Positions 53,871-62,421 of a stretch of 64,000 bases of DNA are shown here, one piece after another. The position numbers and the translations under genes are program-made. The notes beneath the pieces were generated by a model. It was not told the origin of the DNA, did no database searches, and worked only from the letters and a program-made list of their open reading frames with translations. The stretch covers positions 100,008-164,007 of the forward strand of contig CAZAMB010000005.1 in assembly GCA_964486335.1 (NCBI GenBank), given 5' to 3'. Numbering within the stretch: the first letter of the stretch is position 1; the number at the start of each line of letters is the position of its first letter. This DNA comes from an uncultured Phycisphaera sp. (GTDB lineage: Bacteria; Planctomycetota; Phycisphaerae; UBA1845).

Positions 53871-55340
53871 ATGCCGAGAGTATTCCGGCAAAAATACACG
53901 CAACCGACGGCAGACGGAAAACGAAAAACGCGACAAAGCGCTAAGTGGTACGTCGAGTACCGCGACGCCCAAGGCATTCGGCGTCGGGTTCCGGGGTACA
54001 CCGACAAGGGCGCGACCCAACAGCTCGCGGCGGAGTTGGAACGAAACGCGGAGCGACAGCTCGCGGGTCTGGTCGATGCCTTTGCCGATCATCGAAAGCG
54101 CCCTTTGCGGGAACACCTGAATGATTGGCACGGCGCCTTGATCGCACGCGGCGCGTCGCGCGATTATGCCGACTTGGTCAAGAGCCGAGCGACCAAGGCG
54201 CTGACAGGTTGCGGATTCGTTTTCCTTGCCGACGTATCGGCATCCGACCTGCAAGCCTATCTGAGCAGGTTGCGAAGCGACGGACTGAGCATTCAAACGG
54301 TCAATTTCTACCTGCAAGCGGTCAAGCAGTTTTTCCGCTGGATGGTTGCTGACCGACGAATGCCCGACAACCCGGTCGCGTACCTGCGCGGGGGGAATGT
54401 CCGAACGGATCGTCGCCACGATCGACGCGCACTCGACACTGATGAACTGCGATCGCTACTCGACGCTACGAAGAATGGACCGGAACGGTTTGGCATGAAG
54501 CCTGATGCGCGGGCAATGCTTTATCAGCTTGCGGTTGAAACTGGTCTGCGGGCCACCGAACTGCGAACGCTGACTTGGGATTGTCTGGACTTGGAAGGCG
54601 ACCTGCCGACGGTGACGGTCAAGGCCGGTTATAGCAAACACCGGCGAACCGATACCCTTCCTTTAAAGCCGTCTACGACGCAAACGCTGGCCCGCTGGAG
54701 CAACGAACTCGGCAACGTGGACCCAACGGCACGCCTTTTCAACATGCCGCCCAAGGCCGCGAAAATGCTCCGAGCTGATCTGGCCGACGCTGGCTTACCG
54801 TATGCCGATGCTGATGGGCGCGTGGCCGATTTTCATTCCTTGCGGCACACTTACATTTCCAATCTGGCCCGTGGCGGTGTTCATCCAAAGATCGCCCAAC
54901 AGCTTGCCCGGCATTCGACCATTACGCTGACGATGGATCGCTATTCGCACACGGTTTTGGGCGAGCTATCAGACGCACTGTCGGCCCTGCCGGAGCTGGA
55001 CGCCACGCCATTCGAGCAAGAATCGGTGAGAGCGACCGGCACCTGCGGCAACCCCCAAAAATGCTTACCGATTTCCTTACCGAAATCCTTACCGAAACGC
55101 GGTGCGCGGCGAGAGTTGTCCCATTCATCGGCGTGCAATGATCCAACGCAAACCGCGAAATTCGACCGGCAAGAAAATCCTATGAATATAGGTATTTCCT
55201 GCGCTTCCACGCGTGACGACGCGGGTGTGTTCGTGGAACAATCCCGACTGCGCCCGGCGGGATTCGAACCTGCGACCCCCGGTTTAGGAAACCGGTGCTC
55301 TATCCAACTGAGCTACGAGCGCAACAATCGGCTAGTATAA
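53871..55340 (+). CDS. Tyrosine recombinase / phage-type integrase
   Basis: 489 aa. It has an N-terminal SAM-like domain. The catalytic region has LAVETGLRATEL (Arg), HSLRHTYISNL (HxxR) and HSTITLTMDRYSH (His/Tyr). The last ~30 codons read antisense through tRNA-Arg. Confidence 0.9.
   Translation: MPRVFRQKYTQPTADGKRKTRQSAKWYVEYRDAQGIRRRVPGYTDKGATQQLAAELERNAERQLAGLVDAFADHRKRPLREHLNDWHGALIARGASRDYADLVKSRATKALTGCGFVFLADVSASDLQAYLSRLRSDGLSIQTVNFYLQAVKQFFRWMVADRRMPDNPVAYLRGGNVRTDRRHDRRALDTDELRSLLDATKNGPERFGMKPDARAMLYQLAVETGLRATELRTLTWDCLDLEGDLPTVTVKAGYSKHRRTDTLPLKPSTTQTLARWSNELGNVDPTARLFNMPPKAAKMLRADLADAGLPYADADGRVADFHSLRHTYISNLARGGVHPKIAQQLARHSTITLTMDRYSHTVLGELSDALSALPELDATPFEQESVRATGTCGNPQKCLPISLPKSLPKRGARRELSHSSACNDPTQTAKFDRQENPMNIGISCASTRDDAGVFVEQSRLRPAGFEPATPGLGNRCSIQLSYERNNRLV
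55249..55322 (-). tRNA. tRNA-Arg (anticodon CCT)
   Basis: The minus strand reads GCGCTCG-TA-GCTC-AGTTGGATA-GAGC-A-CCGGT-TTCCTAA-ACCGG-GGGTC-GCAGG-TTCGAAT-CCCGC-CGGGCGC-A. There is one A-C mismatch in the T-stem and one G-T pair in the acceptor stem. Confidence 0.85.
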
Positions 55341-55588
55341 CGGTCCACTGGCCGAAAGCCCGTTACCTAGACCCCTTCCCATCGAGCCTCGTTTACAAAC
55401 GAGGGTTTACTAGTTATCGGACCTTATCGGCTGAAACCAGTCCGGTTTTCTCAATTGAGTCACTGGCGGAATCCGAAATGGTCGAATACGATCATGCCCC
55501 CTCCGTGATCGTGGTATTCGATCGCTTGAGGGTTATGTTGCGTGATGGCGTTGTTTTCCGGTGGCAGTTTGCGTAGATAGGAGCTTTC

Positions 55589-55786
55589 GTGATCAAAGTC
55601 CGACCCCGAGGGAATGAATCAGTCCAGCAATTGCTCAAGCGGTTTAAGCGCCTTTGTCAACGAGAAGGACTGATTCGCGACATGAAGCGGCACAGCTACT
55701 ACGAGAAACCCTCGGATCGAAAGAGACGTCAGTCCCGCAAAGTTGTGCGCAAGGTTGACGTGGTTGAAACTCCGCGGGCGCGCTGA
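55589..55786 (+). CDS. rpsU: 30S ribosomal protein S21
   Basis: 65 aa. IKVRPRGNESVQQLLKRFKRLCQREGLIRDMKRHSYYEKPSDRKRR. GTG start. Confidence 0.92.
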   Translation: MIKVRPRGNESVQQLLKRFKRLCQREGLIRDMKRHSYYEKPSDRKRRQSRKVVRKVDVVETPRAR

Positions 55787-55817
55787 TCGGCTAGCATGGA
55801 TTTGAGGAAGTTCTTCA

Positions 55818-55845
55818 GGCGGGGCATTTTGCTCCGCCTTTTTTA
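55818..55845 (+). terminator. Rho-independent terminator after rpsU
   Basis: GGCGGGGC-ATTTT-GCTCCGCC forms an 8-bp stem with one G-T pair and is followed by TTTTTTA. Confidence 0.7.
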
Positions 55846-55929
55846 TTGACGCGGCCGTCATCGCCCACCACCCGCTCACCGGGTCATCCGATAGTATCCG
55901 TGGAGCGCTGCGAACGAACGCGAAGGGGC

Positions 55930-56721
55930 ATGGACATGGACAAGAACAAACCGGTGGCCTTGGTGACCGGTGGTTCACGGGGAATCGGTCGTGCGATCTG
56001 CGTCGAGGTCGCCCGCGCAGGTTTCGACGTGGTCATCAACTTCAATGAGAATCTGGGCGCGGCCGAGGAGACTCGGGTGCTCGTCGAAAAGGCGGGCGGC
56101 ACTGGAGAAACCTGTCAAGCCGATATCACATCATCATCCGATCGGGATCTGCTCGTCGAATACGCGATGGAACGCTTCGGCCGCATCGATCTGCTCGTCA
56201 ACAATGCCGGCATCGCGCCCAAGGTCCGCAAGGACATACTCGAAACAGACGAACAGACTTTCGATCATATTCTCAACGGCAATCTCCGCTCTCCCTACTT
56301 CGTCACGCAGCGCGTCGCGAGGGAAATGATTCAACTCATTCAGTCGAAGCGCATCAGTCGCGCGTCGATCGTCAACATCTCTTCGCTTCGCTCCTACACG
56401 GCGGCCCGAAATTACGGAGAATACTGCGTCAGCAAGGCCGGAGTCGGTATGATCACCAAGCTTTTCGCCGTCCGTCTGGCCGAATACGGTATCGGTGTTT
56501 ACGAAGTCTGCCCCGGTATCATCGAAACCGACATGACTTCGTCGCAAGCCACGCGCGACTATTACAACCGCGAAATCGCCAAGGGCATGGCTCCGATCAA
56601 CCGGTGGGGCAGGCCCGAGGAAGTCGCCTTGGCCGTCGGCGCCGTCGCTCGAGGGTACTTTCCGTTTAGCACCGGCATGGTGCTTCATGTCGACGGCGGG
56701 TGGCACCTTCGACACCTGTGA
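55930..56721 (+). CDS. Short-chain dehydrogenase/reductase (3-oxoacyl-ACP reductase-like)
   Basis: Motifs: VALVTGGSRGIGRAI, NNAG and YCVSKAGV (YxxxK). Start at Met 55930. Confidence 0.88.
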   Translation: MDMDKNKPVALVTGGSRGIGRAICVEVARAGFDVVINFNENLGAAEETRVLVEKAGGTGETCQADITSSSDRDLLVEYAMERFGRIDLLVNNAGIAPKVRKDILETDEQTFDHILNGNLRSPYFVTQRVAREMIQLIQSKRISRASIVNISSLRSYTAARNYGEYCVSKAGVGMITKLFAVRLAEYGIGVYEVCPGIIETDMTSSQATRDYYNREIAKGMAPINRWGRPEEVALAVGAVARGYFPFSTGMVLHVDGGWHLRHL

Positions 56722-56931
56722 CCTGTGAATCCGCGCTGTGCTGGCAGGGACGGCGCTTCGGCTTCACTTATGGGTCCTACGATGCGTCGAGTAGCCGGCA
56801 CATTTACGGAAACCTAGAATGGATCAGCGGGAAGCCCATTTCGGAGGTCCGGTTGCGAACTTCCCGAGTGGTCCACGAGGGTTAGATTGGCGCGAATTCT
56901 AAGATTGATATCACCGCAGGGAGAGCGAGCG

Positions 56932-57906
56932 ATGCGACTGGGGACGATGGGTCTGATTGGTCTGTTCACGATCCTCGCGGGAAAAGCCGACGGCGGACTC
57001 ATCATCACGCTCGACGCGCGGGATTCCGCGGGGATGCCATTTGCGTCGCCCGCGACGGCGGGCACAACCGCGCGAGTAGGCATCCTGCTTTCAACCGATG
57101 GTGCGGATGATCCGCTTCCCGACCTGCGCGGCCTCCAGTTCGATTTCTCGGGCACAAGTTCGAGCATTTTGGTGAATTCGTTCGCATGGTCGGTCAATGA
57201 GGATGTCTATGCATTTCGCACGACGGCGCCGCCGAATGTTTCGGCGATTACGCTGCTCTTGGCGAGTTCATCAACGCTGCTGACGTTGACGGGAACCCCG
57301 GTGCAGGTCGCGTCGGTGGACATCACGGTGAATGGAACCGGCACACTTGATGTGCGTAACACGGCCGCGCCTGACACCAACACTTCGGCCTGGTTTCGCG
57401 CCGGATTCGCGACGTCGATGGAATTCTCACTGATTCACGGAAACCTCACGGGCGGCACGCTGGACATCGCGGTTCCCGGGACGGTTGATCCCGGTCCCGT
57501 TGGTGGTGGCGGAGGCGGCGGTTCGGGAGGCGGTGATCCGGCGACAACCGATTCCGACTCCGACGGCGTGGTCGACGCCGACGATGCGTTTCCCGACGAT
57601 CCAACCGAAACGATGGACACCGACAACAACGGCGTCGGCAACAATAACGATCCCGACGACGACGGCGACGGTGTGGACGACGCAGACGATGCGTTTCCGA
57701 TCGATCCTGCGGAAACGACCGACACCGACGGCGACGGCATCGGCGACAACGCCGATCCGGATACAGGCGGAGGCATCATCAACAATCCGCCCCCCAACTC
57801 GGCGCCGCGCATGTGCGGTTTCGGCATGGTCGGCCCGACCTTGCTTTTATTTGTCAGTCTCGCCGCGGTCCGATCGCAACGGTACCGGCCGAACAGACAC
57901 GGCTGA
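56932..57906 (+). CDS. Secreted protein with thrombospondin type-3-like Ca-binding repeats and C-terminal hydrophobic anchor
   Basis: A signal peptide is present. The repeats are DSDSDGVVDADDAFPDDPTETMDTDNNGVGNNNDPDDDGDGVDDADDAFPIDPAETTDTDGDGIGDNADPD. The tail is MCGFGMVGPTLLLFVSLAAVRSQRYR. Confidence 0.75.
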   Translation: MRLGTMGLIGLFTILAGKADGGLIITLDARDSAGMPFASPATAGTTARVGILLSTDGADDPLPDLRGLQFDFSGTSSSILVNSFAWSVNEDVYAFRTTAPPNVSAITLLLASSSTLLTLTGTPVQVASVDITVNGTGTLDVRNTAAPDTNTSAWFRAGFATSMEFSLIHGNLTGGTLDIAVPGTVDPGPVGGGGGGGSGGGDPATTDSDSDGVVDADDAFPDDPTETMDTDNNGVGNNNDPDDDGDGVDDADDAFPIDPAETTDTDGDGIGDNADPDTGGGIINNPPPNSAPRMCGFGMVGPTLLLFVSLAAVRSQRYRPNRHG

Positions 57907-57936
57907 TCTTTTTCAATCGTAATGAACAAACCGGCG

Positions 57937-60288
57937 CTATAGTCCGCCCTGCCGCACGCGGAAATGTGCCACAGATGACCAGGTGTTGGGCGATCCGCCG
58001 GCCAAAAAGCACCACGGACCAACCGCGGAACTGCTTCCGAACGCCGGTGCGCCAATGGCGAGACAATCGTTAGGGGCCGAAAACGGAACTTGAAACCGGA
58101 TTGAATGTCCGCCCGACTCCACGACCACCCCGGCGCCGTTGCCGCGTGCCTGCGGTCTCGGCGGATCATAGGAATAAAGAAACGGCAGGCCCGCCCCACC
58201 ATCGGACGGTGAACCGTCGACTTCAAGCGTTCCGGCGGCGACATAATCACAATAAACCGTCGCGGAACCGCAACCGACGTTTACCGTCACCGTGACGAAG
58301 TCTCCGGCCGTTACTTCCGCCGGAGAGACGCTTATGCTCCCGCAGCCCGACTGGTAGGGAGCTACATCGAGTTCGTCGCATACGGGGTCAAGCTGGGCGA
58401 TCACCTCCACCGGTTCTTCCAGTTCACCCACGAGTGTTCGACTCCCATTCGCGTCTTCCAAATAAACGCTCACCGTGATCGTGTCGCGATCGCCGGCGCG
58501 AGCATTGGGATCGGATGAATAGACGATGGTCGTCAAGTGGCTTTCGACTTCGTCGCCTTCGGTGATGCCGTCGCCGAGGTGGCCGTGATCACCCGACGTG
58601 GACCAAACGTATAGTAAGGTGCCGCTTGGCGGGGATGACAGCGTCGCCGTGAAGTTCCGCGTCTCGCCGACTTCGACGCGCGTCGATTCGGGCGTGACGT
58701 GGACCGTGCGCGGCGCGGCCACGATTTCCCAACTGTCAGCCCAGCTCGACGACTGATTGTCCTTAACCACCGCGCCCAGATCGAGCGCCGCCATAGCCAA
58801 TTGAATGGCTCTCAGGAAAGTCGCACTCCTTGCGACGGCGGCAGCATTGGATTGCAGCGTTGCCAATGTGGATTGCGTGCTCAACGCCGACGGCCAGAAC
58901 TTTTGCAGCTGAATGACGATGTTGGAGGTAAAGATCTCATCGTCGGCCATGTTCCTGATGGCGACCGTGACAAAGTCAGCCGCCTGTTTGTTGGTGCGCG
59001 GTACGGCCACGCCGATTTCGAGAAGCACCGGATTGAGCGTTTCGACAAAGGCGGCCAGCGCGCCCGCCGAGGCCGATTCCATCGCGCTCAGCGGACCGCC
59101 AATGGCAACGGTCTCAAGAATCGGAACAAAGAAATCGAGCAGCACGAGCTTCCATTGCAGCGAATCGGCCTCCGCGCTCCACGCCGGCACAAAATTGGCG
59201 AACTGAGGATCCGTTGTAATGCCCGGCGTGCCGACAAAGTCGAACGAAGAACCGATCACGATCGCCTTGTAATAGGTCTTCGCATTTCCGGTTTCGTGCG
59301 TGAGTTCGATTGGCGGCAGCGTAATCGGCGCCCAGGAAGCTGAGCCGCTGAGCACTGCGCTGATGGAACTGATCAGGCTCAGCCGATAGGTCGTCGGGAC
59401 CTCCATTTCGTCCACCCGCTCGGGAGGCGTGATGTCGCGACGTGTGCCCGCGTCGTTTTCGGTGGCCGTTCGATAGACATACAGCTTGCCGCGGCGGCGA
59501 AAGTTATTGATCGCCACGATGCCTTCGCCGTCGGGGTTGTGCGCGATCTGAACGCCGCTTTGTCGAGTGCTTCCGTCGGGCGTGATCAGCAAGAGTGGGC
59601 TTACACCCGTCGATTGCATGTGCGGTCCGAGTTTGAGTTGGGCTGAGTCGTCCGCCACGGTCGTGCTGTCGCGCGGCGGTTCGGGGAACTTCGTTGCTTC
59701 ATGCGCTGCGTCGAGAGCTGCCAGCACCGTCTCGTCGCCATCTTGAAGAGCCCCCGCGTCGGCGCCCAGCGCCGCCTCGATGGCGTCCGTCAGGTCCGCC
59801 ACTGCCTGTGTCTGATCAAGCAGGTCGAGCACGTTCGATAGCGAATCGGGAAAGATCGTCCAGCCCCCATTGGCGAAGTAAAGCAGCGCCAGCGCCGTTG
59901 TTCTTGAGTTAATGACGTTGGGCACCGCGTGATCGGGATTGGCAAACCCCATCAGGATCAACCGTCCGGTTCCATCCACGACCTGCACGAACGAGGGCGT
60001 ACGTAACCGGACACTCAGCGAAAATGCCCCATCCGCCGACGGCGTCGCCGTCGAATCCGATGACCGTACGCGCAGCGTCGTCGGATCGATGGTCATGCCA
60101 ACCGGCAGCGAGACCGTGCCAACCAGCATCTTCGGCTCGTCCAAGACGATCGAGGGAGGCCGCTCGATGGTCGGCTCGTCGCCACCGCCGTTGCCATTGC
60201 CGCCTCCGCCGCCCGGCGCTGCCGGGCAACCGGGAATCAACGCCAACATCATCAGCACCAACCACCCGCAGCGGCAAGACGCATTCAT
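57937..60288 (-). CDS. Large (783 aa) putative lipoprotein, no recognisable family
   Basis: The N-terminus MNASCRCGWLVLMMLALIPGC is lipobox-like and is followed by a Gly-rich linker. Long uninterrupted ORF. Confidence 0.75.
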   Translation of the reverse strand: MNASCRCGWLVLMMLALIPGCPAAPGGGGGNGNGGGDEPTIERPPSIVLDEPKMLVGTVSLPVGMTIDPTTLRVRSSDSTATPSADGAFSLSVRLRTPSFVQVVDGTGRLILMGFANPDHAVPNVINSRTTALALLYFANGGWTIFPDSLSNVLDLLDQTQAVADLTDAIEAALGADAGALQDGDETVLAALDAAHEATKFPEPPRDSTTVADDSAQLKLGPHMQSTGVSPLLLITPDGSTRQSGVQIAHNPDGEGIVAINNFRRRGKLYVYRTATENDAGTRRDITPPERVDEMEVPTTYRLSLISSISAVLSGSASWAPITLPPIELTHETGNAKTYYKAIVIGSSFDFVGTPGITTDPQFANFVPAWSAEADSLQWKLVLLDFFVPILETVAIGGPLSAMESASAGALAAFVETLNPVLLEIGVAVPRTNKQAADFVTVAIRNMADDEIFTSNIVIQLQKFWPSALSTQSTLATLQSNAAAVARSATFLRAIQLAMAALDLGAVVKDNQSSSWADSWEIVAAPRTVHVTPESTRVEVGETRNFTATLSSPPSGTLLYVWSTSGDHGHLGDGITEGDEVESHLTTIVYSSDPNARAGDRDTITVSVYLEDANGSRTLVGELEEPVEVIAQLDPVCDELDVAPYQSGCGSISVSPAEVTAGDFVTVTVNVGCGSATVYCDYVAAGTLEVDGSPSDGGAGLPFLYSYDPPRPQARGNGAGVVVESGGHSIRFQVPFSAPNDCLAIGAPAFGSSSAVGPWCFLAGGSPNTWSSVAHFRVRQGGL

Positions 60289-60519
60289 GCTCGGTCCTCA
60301 TCCTCGTTCTGTTCAAATGTCAGTAACAATACGCTTACACAGAAACTGGTTCCTTTGGTTCCCGCAGAAGTGGCAATTTCTTACTCGGAATGCCCCGATT
60401 TCGCAACGAACAGGAAAAAGCGTCGGCGCATCGTGCCATCCCCAACTCGGATGCCTTGGTCCGCAGCCAAAGTTCATTGGTTTTTTCACGATTCTGCCGC
60501 TTTGCGTTACCATGAAGGC

Positions 60520-61257
60520 ATGGACCGAACACGACAAATGCCGCCGGCCAACCACGACGACACCTGGCGGCTCTTTCGCATTATGGCCGAATTCGTTGAT
60601 GGGTTTGACACGATGGCCCGCGTTCCGCCCGCCGTTTCGGTGTTCGGTTCAGCCCGGACGCCCGCCGACGATCCTTATTATGCCCAGGCTGAGCAGCTGG
60701 GCGGAGAACTCGCGCGGAGCGGGTTTGCGGTGATGACGGGCGGCGGTCCGGGAATCATGGAAGCTGCCAACAAGGGTGCACAGGAGGCCGGTGGAGTAAG
60801 CATTGGACTGAATATCTTCCTGCCGAAGGAGCAGAAGGCCAACTCCTTCCAAACGGTTTCGCTCGATTTTCGTCACTTTTTCTGCCGCAAGGTGATGTTC
60901 GTCAAGTACGCCGTGGCCTTTGTCTGCTTTCCCGGCGGGTACGGAACGCTCGACGAGTTTTTTGAATCGATGACGCTGATCCAGACGGGTAAGACACAGC
61001 GATTCCCCGTGATCCTCATCGGATCGGAGTACTGGACGCCGCTGCTGAGTTGGATGCGATCAAGCCTGGTCGATCGACATTCCTACGTCGATCGGTCGGA
61101 TCTCGATCTGTGCGTCGTGACCGACGACGTGGCCGAGGCCGCCAAGATCATTGCAAGGTCTCATCAACGTCGGCCTGCGGAATCAGCAACACCGCGTCGT
61201 CCGGAGGAAACCACCACGCCGGAAGGAACATTTCAGGGCCGACAACCCTTGCGATGA
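60520..61257 (+). CDS. LOG-family (TIGR00730-type) nucleotide phosphoribohydrolase
   Basis: Motifs: VSVFGSAR, VMTGGGPGIMEAANKGA and PGGYGTLDEFFE. Start at the internal Met 60520. Confidence 0.88.
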   Translation: MDRTRQMPPANHDDTWRLFRIMAEFVDGFDTMARVPPAVSVFGSARTPADDPYYAQAEQLGGELARSGFAVMTGGGPGIMEAANKGAQEAGGVSIGLNIFLPKEQKANSFQTVSLDFRHFFCRKVMFVKYAVAFVCFPGGYGTLDEFFESMTLIQTGKTQRFPVILIGSEYWTPLLSWMRSSLVDRHSYVDRSDLDLCVVTDDVAEAAKIIARSHQRRPAESATPRRPEETTTPEGTFQGRQPLR

Positions 61258-61307
61258 ACAGGATACTGGTTTCCCGGCATTTCTCGTCAGATTTGGTCTT
61301 TCTATCG

Positions 61308-62228
61308 TCAATCGAAATTGCAGATCGTGCGTATGGTCGTCACGAAGTCGCGGCAGGCGGCGGCGACGCACGATTTCCAGTCGGCGGAGGAGCTACGGTA
61401 TTTCGGTTCGTTGTGTGCGAAAATGACGCTCCGCGAAGCCGCAACGACGGCACCGGTTCCGTCGGGCTTGAAGCATTTGGCGACTTCATCAGCTGTCCGG
61501 CCTTGGGCGCCGAATCCGGGCACAAGGAAGATGCAATTGGGCATGATATCTCGCAAGCGGACGGTGGAGGGCAAGTCACGCGGCGAGACGACAGCTCCGA
61601 TGCAACTGTAGCCGCTCAGGCCGACGAGTCCGTCGGCACCGGCCCACTCCTGGACCATTTGTGCCACGCTGTGACATACCATGGAGCCATCCGCGAGTGT
61701 CAGCCCTTGAACGCGGGACGCGGATTCATTGCTGGTCTGAACGAGCACGAACAGGCCGCGACCGGTCGCCTGCGCCGTCTCGACGAACGGACCGACGCCG
61801 TCCCAGCCAAAATAGGGATTCACCGTGACGGCATCAGCGACCGCGGGATCGTCCGCCGCACCTCCCAATGTCGCCTTGGCGTATTGGGCCGACGTGTGGC
61901 CGATGTCAGCGCGTTTGACGTCGCCGATGACAAGGAGCCCGGCGCAATGCGAAACGGCGATCAATTCGTGATAAGCGGTGATGCCGCCCGGTCCGTAGGG
62001 TTCAAAAAAGGCGATGTTGATTTTTATGGCAGGGACCAATGGCGCAACGGCCTCGATGACGCCTCGTCCGAACGCAGTGATTGCGTCGGTCGCGCTGTTG
62101 AGCGAGCGAAGCGATTCAGGCAGCCGCTCGACGAGCGGATCGAGTCCGACACAAACGGGAGCATGCTTGTCCCGAACAGCGTTCGCCAGCCTGTCGCCAA
62201 AACTCATCAGCATTCCATCCTTCCCCAT
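61308..62228 (-). CDS. pyrF: Orotidine 5'-phosphate decarboxylase (type 2)
   Basis: Motifs: VCVGLDP, KINIAFFE, GDVKRADIGHT and PGFGAQG. The start is ambiguous among three N-terminal Met codons. Confidence 0.88.
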   Translation of the reverse strand: MGKDGMLMSFGDRLANAVRDKHAPVCVGLDPLVERLPESLRSLNSATDAITAFGRGVIEAVAPLVPAIKINIAFFEPYGPGGITAYHELIAVSHCAGLLVIGDVKRADIGHTSAQYAKATLGGAADDPAVADAVTVNPYFGWDGVGPFVETAQATGRGLFVLVQTSNESASRVQGLTLADGSMVCHSVAQMVQEWAGADGLVGLSGYSCIGAVVSPRDLPSTVRLRDIMPNCIFLVPGFGAQGRTADEVAKCFKPDGTGAVVAASRSVIFAHNEPKYRSSSADWKSCVAAACRDFVTTIRTICNFD

Positions 62229-62421
62229 GCCGTGGGCTCCAAGAAGCCGCCGCCATTACTTTGCACAATGCCGCCGGCATGCGACCGTCGGATCGCGCCG
62301 GGAGGTCGCGTGACTAACCCGCGAAGCGCGCGGCTCGCAGCCTCATCTGGATCATAAGCCTGACGAGTTCCGCTCACAACGATGATCGGTAACTTGACAT
62401 GACCCAAGCCGACAACGAACA

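Larger units (their letters stand above)
53567..55248. mobile_element. Remnant integrative module: tRNA-Gly 3' fragment, HTH gene, tyrosine integrase
   Basis: The order att-like tRNA fragment, HTH, int is typical of tRNA-targeting islands. No cargo and no right-hand repeat were found before tRNA-Arg. Confidence 0.6.

Noticed and set aside
55387-55405. Hairpin CCTCGTTT-ACA-AACGAGG downstream of the integrase ORF
   Set aside because: The 3-nt loop and the weak T-tract (GTTTAC) argue against a terminator. It lies upstream, not downstream, of tRNA-Arg on the other strand. The terminator call is not convincing.
57571-57730. DNA-level direct repeats (gacgccgacgatgcgtttcccgacgatcc... / gacgcagacgatgcgtttccgatcgatcc...)
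   Set aside because: They are explained by the thrombospondin type-3-like amino-acid repeats of the encoded protein. They are not an independent repeat element.
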